DNA of 57,955 nt, the filler included, from Basidioascus undulatus (Eukaryota), in assembly GCA_000826855.1 (NCBI GenBank). It is 4 parts of 4 records of this genome, joined end to end, with 100 filler letters (N's around TTAATTAATTAA, not from the genome) between each part and the next. Parts side by side here need not be neighbours in the genome. Positions count along the whole stretch, not along the records: positions 14,519 to 28,934 come from JTLS01000733.1; positions 29,035 to 43,445 come from JTLS01000734.1; 2 more parts are not named here. One strand, 5' to 3'. A program made the translations under genes and the position numbers. The notes beneath the pieces are model-generated. The model searched no databases, was not told the DNA's origin, and was given only the letters and a program-made list of their open reading frames with translations. Shown here one piece after another: positions 23,397-36,042 of the stretch; positions within the stretch are counted from its first letter, which is position 1, and each line of letters begins with the position of its first letter.

Positions 23397-25495
23397 TGCT
23401 CTTGAAGCCAAGAACGGCGGCTGGACGTACAGGTGTCACATGAGGTGCTGAGCGAGAATACAGAGTGAACTTCGAGGTGGCAGTGGAACAGGCCGACTTG
23501 TCCGCTTCCAGCGGGCGGGACAGCCACTCTCGCTGCGCGGGGGCTATCGACCGCAGACACTTCCTCCTGCATCCTTCTTAGTCCAGAAAATGGATAGCTA
23601 ACGCAAGAGAATGGCGCTCAACTTCGGACCTGTGGCGGTGTGGAACTTCCGGGGTGGCCGTTTCGAGTATGGGCGGTCCGCCGCGCAGCTGCGCTCGCCT
23701 CTTCCGAAGGCTGTAATTTTGGAAGGCTCCTGAGGCACGTCCCCTTAGTAAATATTTTATTCCGACTTTTGGCACATTTCGGACTCAGTGATCTATCGAA
23801 GAGAAAAAGGCCGCACGAGGCAGGCCACCAGCGCAATACGAACAGATTTCGTTCCGGAAACTGATGTCAACAGTCGTGTTCCGCTTGATTGCAGCTCCAG
23901 CTCCCGCTCAGTTGATCAGTATCTAGGGTACCTCAGGAGTTCAACCAGGAGACACAGGGGATACGTTGCGAGCACTCGACAGCTTAGCACCGGTGTTGCG
24001 TCGCTGTATGCTGTGCCAGCCCTCGCCGTCAAGTCATGAAAGCGATCTATCTGGAGTCATTAACCTGTGCCCATTTTCATATAATCTATTTAAATGTTTA
24101 ATATATATACCTGTTATTGAGTTCCCAACTGGCTGCTAGCCCTCAGTTTGTCGTCCAGGCGGCACTGTGCCAGGAAGAAGGCAGTGTTAGCCAAGGTCCT
24201 GCTGCATGGCCTTAGTGGCGGCATCTGAAACGCGCACCACTGTACATGACCAGCAAGTGCAGAGTATCTGTGTGAAATGTTTTTTTTATATTTATTGCGC
24301 CAAGGTGGTGTCCTGGCAAGGTCGAGTCTTGCTTGGAGCGAGTGGCCTGCATCACAACCTGGGCCATTGCTTGCCGCAACCCTTTGCATCCCAGGCATTC
24401 TTCCGCCGTCAACTGGGTTCTTATACCTAGAGTAAGAGCTCGGGTTGTCTGGAGCGGGAAGCCCCCGTCATGATTTGTAAAAACAAAGGCGGACGAGGAA
24501 GGCCGAGAATCTACATCCCGCTGCAGCCGTACTACGCGTAACATGGAAGAGTAAAGGACGGGTTCGAACAATGCTACCCTTTTCGTGTCAATACATAATA
24601 TTACATCAATGCGCTGAGCCCACTGAGCCCTGGCCTGCCCTGACGACCTCGGCGCGGCGATGTTGAAAGTCTTGAGTCGGACCGGCGGCTGCGATCCGCG
24701 CAGCATTGCGTGAACAGCGTATGAGACCCGGACCACTGAGTAAAAGACCCGGCGAGAAAATGAGAAGTACTTCCACAACTCGGGTCTGGGAGGGACGGAA
24801 TCGTGTCCAACCAAATCCAACGTGTTGGTGACTGAATAGAGGAGTCCACCTGGGATTCCGCCGAGGCGCTCAAATGGCGCTGCAATCAGAGCGATGGCGC
24901 TGCAGAATATTAAAGTCAACTCGGGACCAGTTACCTGTATCCCCCAGCCTGATGAGAGTGTCAAAGAGTGTGGAGGTCGACTGAGGACTGAGAGGAGTTC
25001 CGGTGCGGATCCGTCTCAACAGACGGAATTGCGCTTCAAAGTTGCGACTGTCAGTTTCTTTAATGGAAAGATCCAGCGACTCCGGTTGGCACAGCACTAG
25101 GCCAACAGTGGTTCCGAGCCCCCATAATGCAAGCTCGTTTTCTGCTGTACATTCGCAGCTCCGCGTGAAGCTCGACGGAATTGCGTGTCGCAAATGCCGC
25201 GATTATAGAACTGGCCTGCGCTCAGCGAGCCACCCCGCACGACGATCACGCTGTCGCAATTGCATCCGCTCGCCCAAGTCCGAGTGCCTTCGGCGACTGA
25301 CCATTTGCCCGCCCACTCCGCCCGCTTACCCGTCTCTTGTCCTTCAGCCACCATCACCCCTCTTCACAGATCTAATAGGGGCCACTTGGATCTCCGATCC
25401 CTTCTTGCTTTCCAAACGCTACATAATCTGCAGTGAGCGCGCTACAGCGCCCACATCCACCTCCCCCACCCCCACCATCAATCCCTTAGCGGCTA

Positions 25496-28130
25496 TGCTG
25501 CAATCCACATCGCCCTCGAAGCGCCTGGCCTTTCTGCGCAACCCCGCGTCTTCCAGCTCCAAGACGTGAGATCCATATCACGCTGGGGGTCATTGTGGTG
25601 CTGGAGACGCTGACGGGGCCCGTGGTCGCAGCGCCCAAGCGAAGCCGCACAACTCGCCGGGTGCTCTCAAGGAGCGGCGGGAGGTCGATCCTGTGCGTTT
25701 CTAGACCACTCAATCCTCTTGTACCCTGTACCAACTCCACTTCCCATCAGACCCTCCCTTCGCTCCTCGCCAACCTCCCGACCGAGCTCCTCCATTCCAT
25801 CATCGACTGCGTAGCGGCTGGGTGCAAGCGAGCGGGGGACAGGACAGACCTCATCAGCCTGGCGAGTGTCAACCACCGCTTGCGTGACATTGCGTTCGGC
25901 GTCCTCTTCAAGAAGATCACGCTGTACGAGCCGGTGGACTGGAGGAGGTACCCGCAGTTCGCCAAGAACGTCGCGTGCGTTGTCTCTATTTCAAGCCCTT
26001 TTCATGGCGATGCAGAGCTCAAAACTGGCTTTGCGAATGAGTGTATAGGTCCTTCACGACGCACTGCGTCCCGCACGCCGAGTCTATGAGCGAGCTCACC
26101 CGGGTGGAGCAGTTCCGGTACGCCCTGAGACTCTTGGGTGAGCGCCCGCCCAGCTCACCTAGGACGATTCTTAGCTACTGGTGCAACACGCCGCTTTCCG
26201 CAAAGACTTCCCAGGCCGTCCATGACCTGCCCAGTCTCCGCCGGGTCCACTTCGACGTCACGCTCATTGAGAAGGGGTGGACGATGCCGGAGGACATCGA
26301 GGACCTCACGCTCTCCTTCCGCGATGACCGGGTGCGCATACATCTGGACCCTCCACCGCGTGTGAAAGATTATAGCTGAACTATCTGTGTTCTTCCAGGA
26401 TGTTCATGGCGACCACCCTCCCGAGTTGGTCCCTTCCCGCCCGAGACACCCAATTCGGCGCGCTGACCCCCACGCAGCCGCATGGAGCAGTATTCGGAGG
26501 ACGAGGTGCGCATATCCGACGACATGATGCTCCGGCTACGGCAGGCGCTGACCATCTATGTGTTGTGCCGCTAGATCTGGGAGACCATCGTCGAGATGGG
26601 GCTGTTCGTCTGCCGCTCAGCGAGCACTCTACGCAGGCTCAAGCTCAAGCTCCTCCTCCCGATCGACACCCTGGCCAAGCCCTTCTGGCCTCACCTCGAC
26701 ACCGTCCGTGCCATCCTACCATCACCCCACACCGCTCATCCTGATGCACAATCGCGTCTAGGTCTCCCTCGTCCGCTCCTTCCCCAGCAGCAGACTCAAG
26801 GCCTTCTTCCGGAACGCTCCGAACCTCACCGACCTGACCATCCACGGGCGCCCGCATGGCCGCTTCTGGCTGGACGAGTCCGACCGGGGCGTCCTGCCCA
26901 ATTTGAAGCGCCTCGTCATTGCCGCTGTGCCGCTCGAGGGGGACGCGCTCCTGCCGCTCTTGCCCAACCTCGAGTACTTCCGCGTCGAGGACCAGGTTTC
27001 ATACGCGGCTGGATTCTACATCGTCAAGTGCGTTTCTGTTGTCATTTACCGCTCAGCGAGGGGACGCAGCTGCTAATCGCGGGCGGAGATCAGGGCGCTC
27101 AAGGACTCCAAGCTCCGCGAGCTGCATCTCGAGCCGGTCGAGACCTCCGTCCTCTGGCTTGGGACGGTCGCCGACCATCTGCCGCACCTTGAGGTTCGTT
27201 CAGTCTTTCAACGCTCCTGATGGGCCGCTCACGACTGACATGCCAACCTCTGGACATCGCAGGTCCTCTCATGCCGGCATTCGCGCATGAAGTTCATCTC
27301 CCTGACCGACACTGCGGTAAGTTTGACATGCTACGCTTCCTGCATGTTCTTCCGCTATTGCTGACCACGCGCATGTCATTCGAACAGGACGCGTTTCTGG
27401 AGGGTGTCGGCAGGCTGAAGAAGCTCCGCTCGCTGTCGCTCGGCTGGCACCTGGACGTGTGCGTGTTATTACGCGCGGCCTCGTGGTGGACTCTCAAACT
27501 AACAGGACTTGCGCGCTTCACAGACAAGCGAACGACTCTGCTGCCGACGTTGCCGTCCGCTCTGCTTCCATCGAGCTGGAGGGCGACTCGTCCGCTCGCT
27601 CCCAAGGCAACGTCAGGGGCGAGGGCTCCGCGGACCCGAGCCGTCCCGACCCCCAGTCTCCTGCCAGCGACACGGACGTCGACAGCGACGAGTCGGCTCC
27701 CGCGTCTCCCATGTCAACCTCCTTCTCTTCCGCCTCCTCATCGTTCTCCGAAGTCACAGAGTCCACAGCAAGCTCGCCGGCACCCTCGACCCTGTCCCTC
27801 TCCTCGGCTGGCTCGACGGGCGCCCTGACCAAGTTCTACCAAGACCGCTCCTTCCGCGAGTCGCTCCTTGGCGCGTGGAACGTGCGCTCGGACCGGCGTT
27901 ATGCCGCCGCGACGCTCAAGGTCGCTGGGCTGTGTCCCGACCTCGAGCAGATCGAGTGGAAGCGCGAGGGCGTCGACGGCGGACAGGTGAGCGTCTGGCG
28001 CATCGGAAGGACGCCGGACGGGATGCCCTTCGTCTTGGACGATGCGGTCGGCTGGGGCATCGAGGAGCCGTTCCCGAGCAGTGCGTTTTCAGACCTGTGC
28101 GACTTCACCGCGCTGCACGATGGAGGCTGA
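25496..28130 (+). CDS. F-box-like / leucine-rich (RNI-like) protein
   Basis: LANLPTELLHSIIDCV...DLISLASVNHRLRDIA (F-box-like), followed by repeated LPxLxxLxL units (LPSLRRVHF, APNLTDLTI, LPNLKRLVI, LPNLEYFRV, CPDLEQIEW) over about 11 introns. Confidence 0.75.
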
Positions 28131-28934
28131 CGCTTTGCCCCCTTCCAGCCTCGGTCGCGTTCATGGGCGCCTAGGCTATGCTCCGGCTTGGCTGCGCGCC
28201 GGCGCTTCCTTCCTGGATTCATTTCGTGTTGCTGCATCCTTGCCCTGCTATCTATCATCTCTTCGTCTCGCGTATTATTTCGGGATTCTCTCCACCACAA
28301 TAGTCTTCGTCCTTTGAACCTTGTTTATCAGCTTCTCGCGTTGTCAACTCACATCGTTCTGTCGCTCGACTCCGCTTCATGGTTTCTACCCTACCGACAC
28401 TCCCCACACACCACGGATCTCTTCCCTCCCCTTATCCTCCGACGTTTAATGACCACACAGGCCTCTGCATTGCATCTCTCATCATTGTTGAAGCATCTCG
28501 TTTCCTGTACCCATCGCTGTATCGCCTCCCTGGCTTTTTGTGTTATTTCCGCGCATTGTTATCTCCCTATTGGATTTGTCCGCGCTCAACATTCGTTTTG
28601 TCACCCTCCATGGTCGCACAGCATCAATAATCCAATTTTTTGCACATTCTGGCGCTCCGGCTGTGCTTGCGAGCTCTGTTTGCCGCCGACCTAGCCGAGT
28701 TGCGCGTCCCGCGGTCTTCTCCCTTCCTGCCGACCTCGCCCGACCAGCTTGCGACCCGCCTACCTGCCTTCTACGCTCTTTGCCTCTCACCATTCCCTGA
28801 TTTTCTTGTTGATCACCACTCAGTTACCGGGCACTCTAGCCCACCCCCGCCTTTCAATGCTCAATGCGCTCTCACGACCGCAGCGGTCGAGCAGCAACCT
28901 GTCAGTCCTTCGGTCTGCCCCCCCCCCCCCTTTT

Positions 28935-29034
28935 NNNNNNNNNNNNNNNNNNNNNNNNNNNNNNNNNNNNNNNNNNNNTTAATTAATTAANNNNNNNNNN
29001 NNNNNNNNNNNNNNNNNNNNNNNNNNNNNNNNNN
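28935..29034. other. Artificial contig linker
   Basis: N44-TTAATTAATTAA-N44. Confidence 0.99.
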
Positions 29035-29379
29035 TAGGGGTAGGGGAGGAGGTGGGGGCTGTGTAGAGGCGAGGAATGCGATGTTGCGAGACCGGGCAAA
29101 AGACTTCCCCAGAAAAACAGTGTTTCGATGCGTATACCCCGCGATTGCACTCGAACGTTGGCTACCTGAACTTTGGTGCTCAATTACCGCTAAGCGGTCC
29201 GGCCGGGCATACGTCCCCAGCACCTCAAGAAGGAAATTGCCATCGGCCGAGTACCTTTATGCTTGCAGCATGGTGAAAGGGAGGGGACGCCTACAGTAAG
29301 CTCCCATGTCCTATAGCAAATCAAAATCCCTTGAAATGTAGGGCCGCGTCTGACCTCCCCTCCCTTTGCCCTCATTAAG

Positions 29380-30186
29380 CCGTCTTCTACGACGCGTTCG
29401 TCACTGCCGTATCGATGTGGAAGCTAGGCATCACCCGCTCTTCTCCCGAAAACGTGTTCAAAGGAATCCGCACGACCCTTATCCGCGATGGAATGGTAAG
29501 CATGTTTTTGCGTTCTCTGCAACAGGCTGCGGTAGCTCGGACCTCAGTGCTCACTGAACTCCTACCTTGTGTCTCCCGACTCTCGACCGACAGGGTTATG
29601 TCTTAATTGTCCTTATCCTCAACGCTCTTAGCCTCGCGTTCGCCGCCGCAAACCTGAACAACATCGCGCGTGCTGCTCACCTCGTCTGTTTCGTGAGCAC
29701 AGCTGACTACTCTTCCGTTCGTCTCGTGCGATTCACAAAGATGAGCGTAAGCCAGCTGCCTACATCTTTTGCCCCTGTAGTTAGCACTGAAGAGAGAGGC
29801 CCACATCCCAGCTCGTTGCAGTCGTAGTACTCGCCCCCCTTCGCTATCACTGAATAACCAACGGCCAGGCGCTGACCCTTTGTTCTCACTCAACAGCTAC
29901 CCTCCAGAACAATGAGCACGATCCTTTCCTGCCGCTCCATGGGACGTCTCCGCTTCTTGGCGGTTCATAATGCGTGAGTCTTACTTGGAACCTTCCCCAC
30001 TCGTCATACCTGTTGCCTTCCGCTAATGACGAGTTTTTGCCGTACATTTCCAGCAGCACTTCCCATTCGCAGTCCCGCGGCCCCCCGCACACGCGACAGC
30101 CGCCGGGTGGGGTCATTACCATCACAAGAGAAATGGACGTGAATTTCGAGCTTGAGGACAAGACGTACGGGTCCTCGGACGCTTGA
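29380..30186 (+). CDS. Multi-pass membrane protein, copy 1 (3' exons; DUF6533-like basidiomycete family)
   Basis: Exons VSMWKLGITRSSPENVFKGIRTTLIRDG / QGYVLIVLILNALSLAFAAANLNNI / MS, then a polar tail ending GVITITREMDVNFELEDKTYGSSDA*. Boundaries approximate. Confidence 0.5.
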
Positions 30187-30589
30187 GGCGTGCCAATAGT
30201 CCACCCGAGCACGCGGTCCAACAACGCTCGACCCGCCTTCTTTGAACATGTGTGATACTTCCTTACAGACGGACCTACACATCCTGTAACACTCCTTGAT
30301 GTCTTTCCCACATTTTCGGGTTTTCCTCTTGTCGTCGCCTGTGTCTCTTGAGCGAAGGCAAATCTCGACAGACGGCAGCTTTTGCTGGAGTGCCGAATGT
30401 GACAGTCGTTTTTATGAGTACTTCCGACCTTCAAAACTTGAACGGCCAGGTCTAATCTTTCTATCAGGTCTATTGTGAGGGCCTGTAGACCCTCGAGCTC
30501 ACCTTGCGGCGCGCTCGTCGTCGCTCTCTTGAAGGGATCGGGTCCAACCTCGAATGCCTACGCCTCCGCACCTTCGAGCCCTTACTACC

Positions 30590-32570
30590 TCAACAGGGCG
30601 GGGCTTCTTGGCTCCTTCGTCGTCTACTTCTGTATGTAAATGGCAATATCGCGCGTTCAGATCAGCATACTGAGGTTGGGTGGTTCCCACTATTACGCAG
30701 TACTTCTCAAAACCACGGTGAGTTCAGCCGTCTGTCGCCGCTTCCTCAGGGGTACCCACATCTGCTCCTCCACATCTGCCTCAGGTTGAGATTGAATGCG
30801 AAAGTGCGTCGTCTTAATCGTTCATAAGTGTAGTACGCAGGATTAATGCTTTTTCTCCTCAAAGCGGCCATCATCGTCAGTACTGCCCCCAACAGCGCTG
30901 CTCGCAAACACGCACAATCTTCACCGTCGTTGGAGCGATTAGGTGCTCGGCGTAACAACGCTGTCGATAGCAGCATGCTCTAGCGGATTTTTCATGCTCC
31001 GGTACGAGCTGAGTATCTGATCTTCTCAAAGTGCGCTGGCCTGATTGACCTTTTCTGTCACAGCACAATGGCGCTCTGGCGGGACAGTCGCTTGATGTGT
31101 GCCATGCTCGGCCGCCTTCAATGCAGCCAAGTTGCTATGGTACGAGACCCATCACTTGATTCCTATCTTGTAGCTGAAACATGTGGACGCCTAATATCAA
31201 TGGACATGGGGTATGATAATTCTGGCCAACCATTCAACGCAGTTCCCTGACCTCCGAAGTCTATTTCGCAGTCATCACGCTGGCTAAAGCGCAAGAAGCG
31301 AGTGTGCAGCATGTCGCCGCTAACTCAGACGTTGTGTACCTGGTCCTTCTTTACTTTACCTACACACTAACTTCATAGATCCTTGAGGTTAATTCTGGAG
31401 CAAACAACGGTAAGCTTCATGCCATCACTGGGAAGAGAAGTTGGCATCTCCAGTCTCACCGTTCCACTCTTTCTTTCGAATATGGGTATAGCTACTTATG
31501 CCTACAATAAGTCTGGCACAGTCGATCAACATCAGAACACCATTTCAGCTTCCGCTTAACATCCTTCTGCAGCTGTCTTCTTCGGCGGGTTTGTTACGGC
31601 GGTGTCGGTTTGGAAGCTCGGCATGACCCAGTCTTCTTCTGAAGGTGGGCTAAATGGACTCCGTTTGATCCTTATCAGATATAGAATTGGAAGTACTCTC
31701 CCATAATAATCAGAATTGCACTGCTTACTGGGTCCAATAACATGGCGCTCACATGGGCAGGGCTACTTCGTCGTTGTTCTCGTCCTCAACGGGGTGTGCC
31801 TTGGATTCGCGGCCGCATACTTGAACACCGTGCGGCTTCCAGTTTATCGTCCGGAATATATAGAACCGCTTTCGCGTAGATGAGCGTAAGCCACATTGCG
31901 TTGTTTACAGGAGCTTGCTTAACTCACCAGGACACCGGGCCCACCAAAGCTTGTGGTGGTTGTGAGTTTCATCTTGGAATGCGGCTTTTTTACATTCTTA
32001 TTGAACCAGCTTTCATCCCCATCTTCTTCTCCCCAGCTACCATCCACGACAATGACCACCATCCCTACTGCCGGTCCATGGCTAACCTCCGCTTTCAGTC
32101 CGCCCAAAATGCGTAAGTTAAGTCCTCCTAAATGCTCATTCCTCTCTCTTCTTCATCTATCTTTCTTTCCGTAGCCCAGAATCTTGCCTTACTGAAGTGG
32201 ACATTTTCGGTGCGTAATCCTGTCGCCCCCCATACACGCAAAAGCTATCGCAGGGCAGCAGCATCGTCCGGAGGGACGAAGTCGACTTCGAGATAGTTAA
32301 ACATACGTACGCACACTCTGGACTGCCCATGGTCCATTTGGGTGGAAGCAGGTGGATGTAGAGACGGGCACCAGGCCTCCGAACATGCATATAAGAAATA
32401 CATTCGATGGCCTCATACTTGGGTGTTTGAAGGAATACCGCCCCAAAGTATACTCTCATGAAGTGAGTGTCGTTGACCAAGAACGTCGACGCTGCGAGAC
32501 AGAACGTGCATCTTGGATCAGTACTGTTCCGCATTCAAGTTTGATCAATCTGAAACTTCAAAAAGACTAA
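30590..32570 (+). CDS. Multi-pass membrane protein, copy 2 (paralog of 29380-30186; may be degenerate)
   Basis: Exons FFMLR/TMALWR, VSVWKLGMTQSSSEGGLNGLRLILIRY, GYFVVVLVLNGVCLGFAAAYLNT and MS, with intron positions matching copy 1. Boundaries approximate. Confidence 0.5.
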
Positions 32571-32779
32571 AGTGAGAGAGCTATTGAGCTAAATGCCTAG
32601 CAAGATATCCAACTAGAAAAGGCGAGAGGAGCACCAGTTGAGAGGTGTGAAAGACTTTGAAAGTCGCGAAGGGTGCCTCTTGGTGGACAAATCTTCTCGA
32701 AGGATGACATGCTCTATTAAGCTGGAGGTTGACCACGACACAATTGGAATTTTCAGCAGGTTGAGTTCAGCGTGGTTCC

Positions 32780-34770
32780 TTCCCCAGGTGGAGGCTTTCT
32801 CCGAGACGTGGACATTTTCTTCACCAGGTGGAGACTTTCTCCACTGCATGGATACTGGTGAGGATCTCCACCGCATGGAAGTTTTGCCACCCGGGTGTGG
32901 TGGAGACCTTCTCCACCGGGTGGAGGCTGTCCGCTAGCAAGTCCACTCAGATGTCAACAGTGGGCATGTAAACTGAAATGTGCACTGGTATGTTAACTGA
33001 GATGGCACTTGAGATGTTGACTGGCATGTCAACTGAGATGTCAACCTAGACATCCACTCCCATGTTCTGGCAATAATACTTTTTTGTGCTGGACAGAGAA
33101 GCTCTCCAAATGCACTGGAAAATGCAGTGCCCACAGGTCAACAGGTGGCATCTAACCTCTGTACAGTGATATCCAGTACAATCCAGTCTGACGGTGGACG
33201 TCTGCAATGCGGTGAGGGCCATTGCTGATGTACCGCCGCAGCTCTCTCTTTCGGTGATCTCGTTTTGCTCTCTTACGCTCTTTAGTTTAGCGCATTCTGC
33301 CAAAGTATATAGGAGTGATTGGAGGGTTTCCTTTCTCTTTCCTGCAACTGTATCATCCCTATCTTTCATAAGAATTTACCCACTCAGGGCTTTTGTCCAA
33401 TGAACAGCCTGTGCGTTCATTGGTGTGCAGGAGTCTTACAGTTTCTCTCTCTTCTGTGGTGCTACACATCACATCCAGACTCAATTCAGACTCAAGGTTG
33501 ACATTCAACACCCCTTGCAGACTGACTTTTGCCATATCCACACCACTACCAGTACTACACCACATTGAGGACCAGGGTCAAAAATATATATAGTCTTCCA
33601 CATCTTGCCAGCTGCACTGGGACAGTGGGATGTGCTCTCTGTTGCTGTGTGTGCTGACCAACTTGCACAGACAGCACAGGAAACTACTCCAGCCCTGTCA
33701 GGGTGAACATGAAAGGTGCTCTGTTCAGGACAAAAGGAAGGCACAGACAAACAGCAGCTTCAAATGTTTCTGTTGCAGCAGTGTTTTCCTGGCCAAATGA
33801 AGAAGAGCCATCTTGCAATTGTTGTGACTCTCTGAACAAAACTGAACTGCCTAGAGTGTTTGGTCTGAACAGATGTGTGACCGCAAAACAGAGTGGGTTC
33901 TGGGAGCGAAGAGCATGACCAGGTGCGCTGCCTGTAGGTCTGTAGGCCTGTCCCTGCAGATCTCTGGAATCTCCATGTGCTGTGCTGTGAGTGAATGGCA
34001 CCTCATATCAGTGCCTCAATATGTTTGTCCTCACCTGCAGATCTAGAAAACAATTGCTTGATCTTGCTGCTGTTTACTGCTGGGCAATTGCACCACAGTC
34101 GGCAAAGTCGGACTATATACCCTTTACTACACTTTCTGACGGCAGACACTCCCTTGGTTCTGAACGGTGTATGGCAAGGCAGAACCTTCTTGGAACTGAT
34201 GCAATATCCTTTCAGTGATTCACAGCACATGTGCCCACCATCCCAACAGATCCACAACAGGATCAGTCAGCACTGCCCATTAGGTATTACATGATGCAAT
34301 TAAGAGTAGTACTAGAAGTGCTGAATTTTCACGCCAGTACAAGTGGTGGTGAGCATTGTACCCAGGCGGCAGTCCTGCACTCATGGTCAAAAATTTGTGG
34401 TTGTGTCTCGTGTGCTTCACAACACAGTGCTCTTGGCCTTCATTCAGATTATTTTCTAATTCATCCAGATGGAGAATATTGGAAGCTTCCCCTATGCTTT
34501 TCCAATGCCTATTGGTGAACCCTGAATCCCTTGCGGGGTTGCTTGACTTTGGCGCACAAACCACACTCTCCCTCTTTCTCCTAATCCAACGGAATCCTGA
34601 CCTCACCGCGCCGCGACATTGCGACTCTTGACAACCATGTCAAGGTGCCCCCTGACATTCAAGGGCTCGTCATTAAGGGCAACTTTTTCTAAGAGTTGCA
34701 GGGGGAATCCAATTGTGACGGAGGAACTGGCAGGAATCCAATTGTGACACAGGAACTGGCACGTTGAGGT
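32780..34770. mobile_element. CpG-depleted degenerate repeat / probable transposon relic
   Basis: No CG dinucleotide in 33416-33881 or 32941-33180, with TG/CA excess; decayed 12/24-bp tandem units at about 32946-33050; 29-bp direct repeat at 34704-34761; no intact ORF. Family not recognised. Confidence 0.5.
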
Positions 34771-36042
34771 GTAGCGGCTCGTCTCCTTTAGATTATAATA
34801 TATATACGGGAATTGGGTGTCTGATTTCAGTGCGTGCGTTCTGCCGCTTGGCCATCCTTTGCAACAGGGGACACAAGGTTGTGCTGCGTCCAGGGGCAGC
34901 TGCGCACATGGTTCTCTACTGTAGGTAGGTCAAGTTGCTCTTCTGGGAATATGCCTTTTCAAACTACTATATGTTGAATCAGCGACACCTCGAGGGTGGT
35001 CGGCTAGATAACTCAAGCATTGAGAGAAGGGAGGGTGCTGGCGAAGCACATATACAGACAGTATACCTGTACGCGTCATCCAAGCCACTAAGACTTGAGG
35101 TCGATACCGTACAGATTATATTGGACACAGCAAAGATTGAAGAGCTGGGAACGTGTTGCATCCCTATTATGGACACTGTGGGAATGAATGTCCAAGTCGG
35201 TGATGCCTTCACGGACACGATGCAGTACTCAAATATCCCCAAACGGTCTTCTTTTCCTAATGTATGCTCTTGACTGCCCTTAACCGAGGTTGGCCGCCAG
35301 CGTTGCCAGACGGACCTGCCTGCTGCCCAAGTGCAGTCGATCCCCGGCCCCGTCCTTCTAACTTACCAGCCCTATTTCACTTTGTGCGAGTTTTCACAAC
35401 CGAAAATTCTGGGATCAACGAACGCGCAAGTGGACCAGGAAGAGACGCCGCGTGCAATCTGTCCGTCGGTTCGGCAGTCCGCGGCGCTGGCAACGTTCAT
35501 TTTGCGCAATGCTGCTCGCCGCGGCCACGCAGGCGCAGGGCCACGCCAGGGCCTGCGTCCGGCTTCGCGCCGGACTCCGGTGGTCCCTGGCTTAAGTCTT
35601 TATTTTTGGGTGAAACACGGCATGAGAGGACGGGAACAGATTTTGAAGAGGTTGGGATTCCGGGAGGTTTCTGAGGAGGAGAAGGGGACGGTCCAAGGAC
35701 GGTCAGTCGCTGTGCTTGCTTGAGTCTGACCCCACAGCTTCCGCCTCGCTCCATAGCCTATGGACATGAATGACTGTAATCAACTCCTCGGAGCACCTCG
35801 CTCATCTCCGTTGATACGCATCACGGTGCTCCAACATTGGAGCACTGAATACGCTTTCGGACTCACAACTCAGCGCGGGCCGAAAGCCGGATTGCGCTGG
35901 ATCCCCAAACGACGTCACTTGGGAGCGGCGAGCGGCAATCCGCTGGCTTCTCGCTTCGTGCCCCTGTCCCTTTTCTCAACACCACCACCACCACCAACCA
36001 CACTTCCTCCCGCATACTTACCATCTGAACAGCGTTACGATC

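Noticed and set aside
24212..24964. 250 aa minus-strand ORF
   Set aside because: No recognisable motif, codon bias or intron structure; cannot be supported as a gene or element.
35515..35592. Cluster of short GC-rich hairpins
   Set aside because: No tRNA cloverleaf or A/B boxes; expected by chance at this GC content.
36014..36023. ATACTTACC resembling the U1 snRNA 5' end
   Set aside because: Only 9 nt match, lies in the oxidoreductase 5' leader, and no U1 stem-loops or Sm site follow.
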